Below are positions 1-7,036 of a stretch of DNA of 48,007 bases, in pieces (positions within the stretch are counted from its first letter, which is position 1; every line of letters starts with the position of its first letter). Below the pieces are notes generated by a model that saw only the letters and a program-made list of their open reading frames with translations, was not told the origin of the DNA and made no database searches. The stretch lies in the IMG/VR virus record IMGVR_UViG_3300045988_078200. One strand, given 5' to 3'. The position numbers and the translations under genes were made by a program. Source of the DNA: a virus.

Positions 1-119
1 GAAAGCCTGAACGACCTGATCGAGACGGCGACGGACAGAATCGCGGCGGAGGTTTTGGGGCTAACCACAGAGCAATACGCGGCGGAAGTGCAGGCCGCGG
101 CGGAGAAAGCAAAAAAAGA
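1..119. repeat. Terminal direct repeat, copy 1. It is identical to 47889-48007, indicating circular closure or terminal redundancy.
   Basis: Read directly. GAAAGCCTGAACGACCTGATCGAG...GGCGGAGAAAGCAAAAAAAGA is present at both window ends, 119/119 identical. Confidence 0.97.
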
Positions 120-126
120 AAGATGA
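1..126 (+). CDS. 3' end of the junction-spanning RHH-like gene that starts at 47754. The stop TGA is at 124-126.
   Basis: Position 1 is in frame with the ATG at 47754 (offset 135 nt). The translation ...ESLNDLIETATDRIAAEVLGLTTEQYAAEVQAAAEKAKKER ends at 124-126. Confidence 0.65.
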   Translation, partial: ESLNDLIETATDRIAAEVLGLTTEQYAAEVQAAAEKAKKER

Positions 127-136
127 ATGAGCATAG

Positions 137-172
137 AAAACGGCGGGCGTTGAATCATGCCCGCCGTTTTTT
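137..172. terminator. Bidirectional intrinsic terminator between two convergent genes.
   Basis: AAAACGGCGGGC (137-148) pairs with GCCCGCCGTTTT (159-170). An A-run lies upstream and a T-run downstream. Confidence 0.75.
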
Positions 173-173
173 C

Positions 174-992
174 TTACCCGTTCAACGCCGCGTGCTGGTA
201 AAAGTCGTCGCAGATCACGGGAATGTTGTTGTAATCGAAGTTGTCGAAGTTGATCTTGCCGATGGTGTCTTTGTAGAACGTCGCTTTCATCACGGTTTCG
301 GTGGACGTGTTTCCGTAAGCGTCCACGAGCGGGAAAGACCAGAAAAGCGTTACGCGCCCGATGTCGTCGCGGGATTGCAGGGATTCCAGAATGTCGGCGG
401 CCTGCAACAGCATTCCTTTCCGAACCATATTCGAGGTTAAATTATCTTTCCCGGAAAGATAGATGTCCACAAAGGAGCCGTCCGAACTTTCCCCGACGCT
501 GGCCGCGTCGTAAATACTGACATCTTCTTTTTCGGCATTGGCCGCGGTGATCGCGTCGTCAACTGCCTGTTCCAGCGTGGCCGGAGTTTCCGGCGCGGCG
601 GGGTCATCCGTGGGCGCGGGTTCTACGGGAGCCGGGGCGGGGTTCGGGTAAAGTTCCTCCCCGTTGTATTCCACGCGGTCAACCACGCCGTCGGTGTAAT
701 AGACATCGTACACGTAAAGCCCGGCGGAAACCTGACAATGCCCGTCGTCGCCCGCCTTTCTGGTGACATTTGTTACTTTTGCTTCCATGCCGCAGGACAC
801 AAGGACGATGAATACTTCATCGGCCTGTTCCGGCGTGATCGCCATACCGGAAGAAAGCGCGCCTTGCGAATCGGCGTAAAAGTCGTACTGTTCGGACAAT
901 TCGGCGTGCTTGGGTGTGTCGTAGTCCGCAAGACAGCCGGAGAGGGACAGCGCAAGGCAGACGGCGAGAAGCAGGGAAATCAATCTTTTCAT
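174..992 (-). CDS. Lipoprotein of two domains joined by a Pro/Ala-rich linker. Function unknown.
   Basis: 272-aa ORF. The N-terminus MKRLISLLLAVCLALSLSGC gives a signal peptide plus an LSGC lipobox. Confidence 0.8.
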   Translation of the reverse strand: MKRLISLLLAVCLALSLSGCLADYDTPKHAELSEQYDFYADSQGALSSGMAITPEQADEVFIVLVSCGMEAKVTNVTRKAGDDGHCQVSAGLYVYDVYYTDGVVDRVEYNGEELYPNPAPAPVEPAPTDDPAAPETPATLEQAVDDAITAANAEKEDVSIYDAASVGESSDGSFVDIYLSGKDNLTSNMVRKGMLLQAADILESLQSRDDIGRVTLFWSFPLVDAYGNTSTETVMKATFYKDTIGKINFDNFDYNNIPVICDDFYQHAALNG

Positions 993-1074
993 GTGTGGTC
1001 CTCCATTCCGCCGCCCGGAGTGCCGGGCGGTTCGTGTTTTACGGCTGAATCCGTTGAATTTTTTGGATTCTGAC

Positions 1075-1135
1075 CTTTAACACAATTATCAATGGGGCGC
1101 GTGTTAAAGTCAAGAAAAATGCGAAACTTTAACAC
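1075..1135. promoter_or_regulatory. Three copies of a 9-bp motif, CTTTAACAC, upstream of the XRE regulator gene. Candidate operator set.
   Basis: CTTTAACAC occurs at 1075-1083 and 1127-1135. Its reverse complement GTGTTAAAG occurs at 1101-1109. Confidence 0.5.
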
Positions 1136-1151
1136 ACGGAGGGAAACACTG

Positions 1152-1400
1152 ATGAAGATTTATGACTACAAGGGGCGGAAGAATCTTTGCGGAAACCGCG
1201 TAAAAGAGGCACGCGCCCGGCTGAAAATCACACAAGAGGACCTTGCCGCACGGTTGCAGGTGGAGGGAATCACGATGGAGCGGGACAGCGTGAGCAGAAT
1301 AGAAATCGGAACGCGGTTCGTGACTGATTATGAACTTGTCGTTCTCGCAAGGGTCCTGAACGTGTCTTTGGAATGGCTTACAGAGCAGGACGAAAAATAA
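1152..1400 (+). CDS. XRE/Cro-CI-type helix-turn-helix transcriptional regulator.
   Basis: GGAGGG lies 8 nt before the ATG at 1152. The stretch NRVKEARARLKITQEDLAARLQVEGITMERDSVSRIEIGTRFVTDYELVVLARVLNVSLEWL is a typical HTH_3 pattern. Confidence 0.85.
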   Translation: MKIYDYKGRKNLCGNRVKEARARLKITQEDLAARLQVEGITMERDSVSRIEIGTRFVTDYELVVLARVLNVSLEWLTEQDEK

Positions 1401-1433
1401 TTACTTGCGTGAGTATGAAGCGCATGTTATAAT
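1401..1433 (+). promoter_or_regulatory. Sigma-70-like promoter TTGCGT-N17-TATAAT, overlapped by a degenerate copy of the 16-bp palindromic operator.
   Basis: The -35 TTGCGT is at 1405-1410 and the -10 TATAAT at 1428-1433. TTACTTGCGTGAGTAT (1401-1416) matches 47697-47712 at 15 of 16 positions. Confidence 0.6.
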
Positions 1434-1477
1434 ATCCCACAGCGGCGGAGGAAACCCCGCAGGAACAAGGGAGAACA

Positions 1478-1508
1478 AAAGGACCCGCCCGGCTGGGGCG
1501 GGTCCTTT
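1478..1508 (+). terminator. Leader hairpin (terminator- or attenuator-like) between the 1405 promoter and the transposase start.
   Basis: AAAGGACCCGCC (1478-1489) pairs with GGCGGGTCCTTT (1497-1508) across a 7-nt loop. The downstream T-tract (GCTTTA) is weak. Confidence 0.45.
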
Positions 1509-1527
1509 GCTTTACGGAGGGTATCGC

Positions 1528-2577
1528 ATGGGACACGTATTCAGTCACCTGTCAAAGATGGACCGATATAAAATCGAAGCGTTGCTGAACAAGGGGATTT
1601 CAAAGCAGGAAATCGCGGACGAATTACATGTGCATGTAAGCACGATTTACCGGGAGATCAAGCGCGCCCGCTGGCAGTATTTGGACGGTGATACATGGAT
1701 TACAGAAGATCGCTATAACCCGGACGGGGCGGAAAAGCGATACCGCGAAAACCTCGCCGCAAAAGGCGCGCCGCTGAAAATTGGGAAAGACTTTGAACTT
1801 GCGGAATACATAGAACAAAAGATTATCGAGGAAGATCGTTCGCCCGCCGCGGCCCTTGCCGAAATCAAGTTGGAGGGACGGACGTTCAAAACCTCGATTT
1901 GCGTAAGCACGCTTTACAGTTACATTACAAAGGGCGTTTTCCTGTCCCTTACCAATAACAATTTGCCGGAGAAATCGAAGCGGAAGCGGGAGTACAAGAA
2001 AGTTGAAAAGACCGGAAAGCGTGCGTCGTATGGGAAAAATATTGAAAAACGCCCGGACGAAGTGGACCAGAGAAGCACTTTCGGACATTGGGAGGGCGAC
2101 ACGGTTTACAGTAAAAAAGACGGGTCAAAAGCCCTGTTTGTGCTGACAGAGCGTTTGACCCGATGGGAAATCATTACAAGAATTAAAGACCGGACGGCGG
2201 CAAGCGTTGTAAAGGCAATGGACCGCATAGAACGGAAATTCGGCGCGGACCTTTTCGCAAAGGCATTCAAGACAATCACATTCGACAACGGGGGCGAGTT
2301 CTCCGACGTGAAGCGGCTGGAACGGTCCGCGGTGCGAAAGGGAAAGCAGAGGACAGCGGCTTACTACTGTCACCCGTATTCATCGTATGAACGCGGGTCA
2401 AATGAGTGCCAGAACAAAATGATTCGCCGGAAGTTTCCGAAAGGAACTGATTTCGGAAAAGTGTCCACGGCGGAGATCGAGGCGGCGGAAGCGTGGATGA
2501 ACAATTATCCGCGTGAAATATTGGGATGGAAAACGGCTGAAATCTGCTTCCGGGAGCAGATCGCCGCCCTCGCCTGA
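1528..2577 (+). CDS. IS30-family DDE transposase/integrase.
   Basis: GGAGGG precedes the ATG at 1528. The N-terminal HTH is ISKQEIADELHVHVSTIYREIKR. The catalytic core shows HWEGDTV, TFDNGGEF and YYCHPYSSYERGSNECQNKMIRRKFPKGTDF. Confidence 0.88.
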   Translation: MGHVFSHLSKMDRYKIEALLNKGISKQEIADELHVHVSTIYREIKRARWQYLDGDTWITEDRYNPDGAEKRYRENLAAKGAPLKIGKDFELAEYIEQKIIEEDRSPAAALAEIKLEGRTFKTSICVSTLYSYITKGVFLSLTNNNLPEKSKRKREYKKVEKTGKRASYGKNIEKRPDEVDQRSTFGHWEGDTVYSKKDGSKALFVLTERLTRWEIITRIKDRTAASVVKAMDRIERKFGADLFAKAFKTITFDNGGEFSDVKRLERSAVRKGKQRTAAYYCHPYSSYERGSNECQNKMIRRKFPKGTDFGKVSTAEIEAAEAWMNNYPREILGWKTAEICFREQIAALA

Positions 2578-2618
2578 TGTCCTAAAAATAAATTTTTATA
2601 TTTTTTTCGCATTTACTA

Positions 2619-2647
2619 TTGACATTTCCGCCCGCGCCTTGTAATAT
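2619..2647 (+). promoter_or_regulatory. Sigma-70-like promoter TTGACA-N17-TAATAT upstream of the early gene block.
   Basis: TTGACA is at 2619-2624 and TAATAT at 2642-2647, with a 17-nt spacer. Confidence 0.5.
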
Positions 2648-2748
2648 TAAATGCGAAAGAACAAACACCACGTCGAATGACGGGTGCAAGTTCTATCGCA
2701 TTTATTTTTTTACCATAACAGAGCCGGAAATACAAGGGAGGAACCGAC

Positions 2749-3558
2749 ATGACGCACGTTTCTTTTGAAGAGTACGAGGCCGCGAAAGCGGAAATCATCG
2801 GTGGAGTTCATTACAAAGAAAAATCCACATTGGAGGGGAACGTAATCCGAAAGACCTACACGACGGAAGAGAACGGGACGTTCTACGAGGTGAACGACGG
2901 CGGGCGCATCGAGTTTTGGAGCGACAAGCACCCGGATAGCCGGATTTACGATGAAAGCGAGCGGGCGGACCTCCCGGAGAATGTGGGGGCAGTTCCAGGA
3001 TATGGTGACTTGCTGGCCGAGAAAATCAGGGAAACGGCGGATTTCGCAAATCTGAAACCGTTTGAAAAATTCGTGCTGGATAACGGATATTTGTACGATT
3101 CGAGCGACGCGCTAAAAGATGGCTATGACCGGGCGTGGAAAGCACAACACGGAATCACCCTGACAGAAGAAGAGTTTGCGGCGGAGGTTATGAGCCGCGG
3201 GAAACTGGTTGACGCGTCGGGGCTTTACGAGACGGTCATGGAACACGTGAACGCGGGGCGGCTGACTGCGGGCGACGTTATGCAGTACGCGCATTACAGA
3301 TGGTGCGTGAATAGACCGGAAGCGGTTATTGCGTATCAAGTGGGCCGCGAGAAATGGGAGGTCAATAACTGTTCCGAAGAGATCACCGAAGAGGCCGCGC
3401 GGATTGAAGTTTGCGAGGAATTCGGGTTCGAGGCAAGCAGGGTAAAAATCATCGGGACCCCGTACTATGACGCGACGGACTGGAACTTCATCCGCTTTAA
3501 CTGTTCGGGGCGGGCGTGGCTGATGAAAAACGGCGAGATTTATCAAGTTTACGAATGA
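2749..3558 (+). CDS. Hypothetical protein, 269 aa.
   Basis: Long ORF with GGGAGG 8 nt upstream of the ATG. I recognised no motif. Confidence 0.7.
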   Translation: MTHVSFEEYEAAKAEIIGGVHYKEKSTLEGNVIRKTYTTEENGTFYEVNDGGRIEFWSDKHPDSRIYDESERADLPENVGAVPGYGDLLAEKIRETADFANLKPFEKFVLDNGYLYDSSDALKDGYDRAWKAQHGITLTEEEFAAEVMSRGKLVDASGLYETVMEHVNAGRLTAGDVMQYAHYRWCVNRPEAVIAYQVGREKWEVNNCSEEITEEAARIEVCEEFGFEASRVKIIGTPYYDATDWNFIRFNCSGRAWLMKNGEIYQVYE

Positions 3559-3562
3559 AAGG

Positions 3563-3596
3563 CCGTGGGCGCGGTGTACCACAACCGCGCCCACGG
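3563..3596 (+). terminator. 13-bp GC-rich hairpin after 2749-3558, with no U-tract.
   Basis: CCGTGGGCGCGGT (3563-3575) pairs with ACCGCGCCCACGG (3584-3596). Confidence 0.4.
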
Positions 3597-3623
3597 GAAG
3601 CAGAAACAGAACGGGGGTGAAAT

Positions 3624-3902
3624 GTGGTGCGGCAGTACAGATACATAGACTTTCGGGACCGGGAGCAGATTGCCGTCCGATACCTGAACGGGGACCGCGT
3701 GGCCGACATTGCCGCAGGGCTTGGCGTGACAACGGCGACGGTCTACCGCGAGTTGAAGCGCGGAGAAACGGGAGGGCTTGACCGCAACCAGCGGAGGGAG
3801 TACAACCCCGTTCTTGCGCAACAGAGGGTTCAGGAGAATTTCAAGCGGCGCGGGAAGCCCGCCGCGGCGAACGCTAAAGGAGGCGTGCGAGTTGGCAACT
3901 AA
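3624..3902 (+). CDS. Stand-alone IS30-type HTH protein, a paralogue of the transposase N-terminal DNA-binding region.
   Basis: DREQIAVRYLNGDRVADIAAGLGVTTATVYRELKRGE...YNPVLAQQRVQENFKRRG aligns with MDRYKIEALLNKGISKQEIADELHVHVSTIYREIKRAR...YNPDGAEKRYRENLAAKG from the 1528 gene. There is no DDE core. Confidence 0.65.
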   Translation: MVRQYRYIDFRDREQIAVRYLNGDRVADIAAGLGVTTATVYRELKRGETGGLDRNQRREYNPVLAQQRVQENFKRRGKPAAANAKGGVRVGN

Positions 3903-4449
3903 TTTTGAAGAGATCACCAAAAGCCCGGAAGTGCTGGGCGCGTTCCTTGCCTCTCTTCCGTACTTGGAGGGACCGTGGGACACAGAATTTCAACGTAATT
4001 TCTGCGCCGGGTGCGGACAAGTGACGTGCGACCCGATTTGCCGATACCAGCGGTTCAGGAATAACCCCAGTTGGTGGCTGACCCTTGAAGCGGAGCAATG
4101 CGAACAGGGGACGCACACGAGCGACAAAACCACGGAACAGACGGAACCGAACGTGATCGAAATTGACCCTGCGGAAGCCGAAAAGCTGATAACCACGGAG
4201 CAGGAAGCGGAAACAGAACGTTTGCGGCCCATGTTCCGCTATTTCATGGGGAAAGACCATGAAACGGGAGCAATTGAGATCGGGGCGATGGACGGCGGAA
4301 ATGTAATCACATTTTCGGAGCCGGAGGAAGCGCGCTGGTTCATCAAACATCTATCGGAACTCATTCAGGACCCGACGATTCGCAGGCTGGAAATGCGTAG
4401 GACAAGCCGGGGGGTTGCGGTGGACCGGGAGACGACGGCCAACGGTTGA
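3892..4449 (+). CDS. Hypothetical protein. The start is uncertain; I propose TTG at 3892.
   Basis: ORF 3778-4449. AAAGGAGG (3876-3883) lies 8 nt before the in-frame TTG at 3892. The upstream part of the ORF overlaps the previous gene. Confidence 0.5.
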   Translation: MATNFEEITKSPEVLGAFLASLPYLEGPWDTEFQRNFCAGCGQVTCDPICRYQRFRNNPSWWLTLEAEQCEQGTHTSDKTTEQTEPNVIEIDPAEAEKLITTEQEAETERLRPMFRYFMGKDHETGAIEIGAMDGGNVITFSEPEEARWFIKHLSELIQDPTIRRLEMRRTSRGVAVDRETTANG

Positions 4450-4494
4450 CCTTTACCCCGCACAAATGAAGATTCGATTCGAGCGGGAGGCGCA

Positions 4495-4671
4495 ATGATG
4501 AAATATTCCGTAATCGTCACGTGGTATAGCGGGGAAACCACGGGGGCCGTCATCAATGCAGATGGGCCGAAAGCCGCGTGGGAAAAGCTGTTCGGGTTGT
4601 TCGATTTCCGACATATCAGAGGCGCACAACTCGCGGAAATTCTGACCGTAGAAAGAGGGGCGGCAAAGTGA
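4495..4671 (+). CDS. Small hypothetical protein, 58 aa.
   Basis: GGGAGG precedes the ATG at 4495. The stop overlaps the next start (GTGA). Confidence 0.5.
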   Translation: MMKYSVIVTWYSGETTGAVINADGPKAAWEKLFGLFDFRHIRGAQLAEILTVERGAAK

Positions 4672-5054
4672 AGAAAAAAGACTACCCCGGCGGCGTGAAG
4701 CTGACGGCCACAAAAGCCCGCGCCGTGGCAATGCAGGAATTCGGGACCGCAAAGGGCCTTGAAAAAGAAGAAGTCGCAATGCCCGGCTACTTCAAAATGA
4801 GATTGGGAAGTCTGCTTGTCCGCATTCACCCGGACACCTACGACGGGACGGGGTGCATTGTGGTTTCTGCTGAACTGGCCTGCGCCACGGGAACGAGTGT
4901 GAAATACCTGAACCCCGAAACCCTGCAAGACGATTTCGACGCGCTGGAACGGCATTGCAAGCGCGCCCAGCGGGACGATCTGAAAGATTGGGTGCTAACC
5001 AACGGGGCGGACTACTGTTGCGAGGAAGTCAAGCGGATTTGGGAAAGAGGGTGA
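4668..5054 (+). CDS. Hypothetical protein, about 128 aa.
   Basis: In-frame GTG at 4668, coupled to the preceding stop. This is the 3' part of ORF 4578-5054. Confidence 0.5.
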   Translation: MKKKDYPGGVKLTATKARAVAMQEFGTAKGLEKEEVAMPGYFKMRLGSLLVRIHPDTYDGTGCIVVSAELACATGTSVKYLNPETLQDDFDALERHCKRAQRDDLKDWVLTNGADYCCEEVKRIWERG

Positions 5055-5058
5055 CGGC

Positions 5059-5238
5059 GTGAAAATCCGAATCACCCGCGATACAAAAATTCCACTTGTT
5101 GAGAAAGGCCGGGTTTTCTACGTGCAAGGAGTATCGACGACCGGGGACGGCGAAACAGTCTATTTCATCCACCACGGCGGGAACTATTTGGGAATCCGCG
5201 CCGCGGATTGTGAAGTGATCGAGAGGGAACCGAAATGA
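5059..5238 (+). CDS. Small hypothetical protein, 59 aa.
   Basis: GTG start at 5059. The stop overlaps the next ATG (ATGA at 5235-5238). Confidence 0.45.
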   Translation: MKIRITRDTKIPLVEKGRVFYVQGVSTTGDGETVYFIHHGGNYLGIRAADCEVIEREPK

Positions 5239-5510
5239 AGAACGTAGAGCAAGAGGCCACAAACGGCGTGATCTACGGAGAATCCGGCGAGATCGTGAAG
5301 AACGGGTTGCGTGTTGTCTGCCCACATTGCGGAGAAATCGGACTTTTCCACGGCCACGGCGGAAGCGTGAATATCTGGACCGTGGGGGCAATCGAGCGGC
5401 GGGAATGTACGAAATGCCGTAAGCAGTTTCACACAATCAGTTTGACCGTTCCGGCGGATATGACCCCGGAGGAATTCTATTTGAAAATCAAAGAGGGGGT
5501 GAAGCTGTGA
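5235..5510 (+). CDS. Small zinc-ribbon protein.
   Basis: The pairs CPHC...CTKC occur in a 91-aa ORF. Confidence 0.6.
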   Translation: MKNVEQEATNGVIYGESGEIVKNGLRVVCPHCGEIGLFHGHGGSVNIWTVGAIERRECTKCRKQFHTISLTVPADMTPEEFYLKIKEGVKL

Positions 5511-5686
5511 AGCGTCAGTTCTGCTTGCCCTGCTTCCTCGAACTGAAAAAGGCCGGGAAGCACGATATAAAGCGCGTGGGCGGCGGGGTCAATATGAAAA
5601 TTACCTGCTGGCGGTGCAAACGCCGCCGCTACGGGGCGGAATACGAGATTTCCCGGAAAGGCGGTGCGCGCCGTGACAGTGAATGA
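5507..5686 (+). CDS. Small zinc-ribbon protein, 59 aa.
   Basis: GTG at 5507 overlaps the previous stop. The pairs CLPC...CWRC are present. Confidence 0.45.
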   Translation: MKRQFCLPCFLELKKAGKHDIKRVGGGVNMKITCWRCKRRRYGAEYEISRKGGARRDSE

Positions 5687-5882
5687 ATTGAAGCGGGCTT
5701 TTCTGGATGAACGCCCGGTTGCGTTCGGCGGTATCACCTATCAGAAAATAACGGCGGTGATTTACCGAAAGACCACGGACGGGAAAGGACTTCACGTGCA
5801 AGGCGAACTGCTGGACCGGAACGGGCGCGCCGTTGCAATCGCGGCGGCGGACCGAATCAATTTTGTGGAGGCGACACCATGA
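5664..5882 (+). CDS. Small hypothetical protein.
   Basis: 72-aa ORF in the coupled gene chain. Confidence 0.5.
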   Translation: MRAVTVNELKRAFLDERPVAFGGITYQKITAVIYRKTTDGKGLHVQGELLDRNGRAVAIAAADRINFVEATP

Positions 5883-6202
5883 CGCAGGAAATCAGAACAA
5901 TCACCATTGGAGCGGGACAAGCCCACCCGCGGCGGCGGAGCCAGAAGCACACCCGGCGGCGCGTTCGGCTGAGCGGCTGGACCGTGGCGAAATATGCGGC
6001 CCTGACCGTGGCCGGGGTCCTGCTGTTTCGAGCGGGTGCGGCCTACGCCATGACAGAACGGGGATATAAGGCGATCGGCGGCGAGGTTTTCGCCCTCTTC
6101 CTCCCCGTGTTCTACTACACAATTTCCGAAACGGTGCGGGACTATATCAAGGAAATCAAATCTATTTTTCGGGAGGAAAAGGACCATGAAAAAACTTGCT
6201 GA
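5879..6202 (+). CDS. Small membrane protein with two predicted TM segments.
   Basis: Hydrophobic stretches AKYAALTVAGVLLFRAGAAYA and VFALFLPVFYYTI. Confidence 0.55.
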   Translation: MTQEIRTITIGAGQAHPRRRSQKHTRRRVRLSGWTVAKYAALTVAGVLLFRAGAAYAMTERGYKAIGGEVFALFLPVFYYTISETVRDYIKEIKSIFREEKDHEKTC

Positions 6203-6917
6203 ACTGAAACCGGGCGATCGCTTTCTGTATGGCGGCATTGAGTGGGTCAAATTCGAGGACATCGGCGCGGGAACGCTTTGTCTGGCGGCGGAGCCTGTTT
6301 TTCACCGGGCGTTCGATGAAGAGAACTGCAACGACTGGCGAAAATCCTCTTTGCGCCGGGAACTGAACGGGGCGTTCCTTGACGCGCTGGTTGCGGAGGG
6401 TGCGGACCGAGCCGCGTTCCTCGATTGGGAAAGCGACTTGACCGCCGACGACGGAATGACCGATTACGGAACCGCCGTGGACAAGATCGCTTTGCGGTCC
6501 GACGTGCTTTGCCGCAAGTATCGGGAGATCACCCCGCCCGTGGACGAATGGTGCTGGAACCTGACCCCGTGGACGTGTGACCCTGAATATTCGTACTACG
6601 TCCGCAACGTCAATTCCTCCGGCGCGATGAGCTGGAACTACGCGTTCCACGGCGACAGGGGCGTTCGCCCGCTTTGCTATCTGAAATCTGAAATTTCGGT
6701 ATCTATCCCCGGAGAGAACGACGAAGCGGAGCAGGCCGCACGCCGCGAAGAAATGAAGCTGGAAGCCGTGGACGCGATCATGTCCGCGCTGAACGATTAT
6801 CCGCCCTATTTGTGGGGCGACGCGCTGGGCGCGGCGGTTGCCGCCCTGTTCCGGTCAAAGCAGGACGCGGAAGAGATCGCGCAGGAAGAGGCAGACAAAA
6901 AGGCGGTGGAGGGTTGA
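6186..6917 (+). CDS. Second, remote DGR target protein carrying VR2 at about aa 135-164.
   Basis: 243-aa ORF. ...YYVRNVNSSGAMSWNYAFHGDRGVRPLCYLKSEI matches the TR-encoded peptide. The N-terminal region resembles that of the 40240 target (W..S.RR.LN motif). Confidence 0.85.
   Translation: MKKLAELKPGDRFLYGGIEWVKFEDIGAGTLCLAAEPVFHRAFDEENCNDWRKSSLRRELNGAFLDALVAEGADRAAFLDWESDLTADDGMTDYGTAVDKIALRSDVLCRKYREITPPVDEWCWNLTPWTCDPEYSYYVRNVNSSGAMSWNYAFHGDRGVRPLCYLKSEISVSIPGENDEAEQAARREEMKLEAVDAIMSALNDYPPYLWGDALGAAVAALFRSKQDAEEIAQEEADKKAVEG
6589..6676 (+). repeat. DGR variable region VR2.
   Basis: 88 nt align with TR 38682-38769. There are 6 mismatches, all at TR adenines. Confidence 0.9.
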
Positions 6918-7036
6918 CCCCCTCCCCGCCGCCGCGAAAACCGAATAAAGAAAACCGCCCCGCGCTGTTCTGCAAAGCAACGCGAAGCGGATTCCGCCGA
7001 TGAAAAATCATCTATCAACCTGTTAGAAGTATAGCA

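Larger units (their letters stand above)
1440..2618 (+). mobile_element. Possible IS30-family element. The ends are NOT defined: I found no terminal inverted repeats.
   Basis: A transposase gene is the only evidence. The boundaries are set merely by the flanking promoters at 1405-1433 and 2619-2647. Confidence 0.25.

Noticed and set aside
1-119. The terminal repeat read as a physical direct terminal repeat (a DTR-packaging phage).
   Set aside because: The repeat falls in the middle of a coding sequence. The terminase is the lambda GpA/Nu1-like type, which is usually cos. A circular-assembly overlap is the simpler reading, but this cannot be settled without reads.
1434-2720. Terminal inverted repeats and target-site duplication for the IS30-family transposase.
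   Set aside because: Comparing 1434-1527 with the reverse complement of 2578-2720 gave only a weak match around the two -10-like AT boxes. The left side is GC-rich and the right side AT-rich. I could not define element ends, so the IS call is kept at low confidence.
3778-3891. The upstream ATG start of ORF 3778-4449, overlapping the HTH gene by 125 nt.
   Set aside because: The overlapping part translates to a low-complexity Arg/Gly/Ser stretch. A strong RBS (AAAGGAGG) precedes an in-frame TTG at 3892, right at the end of the upstream gene.
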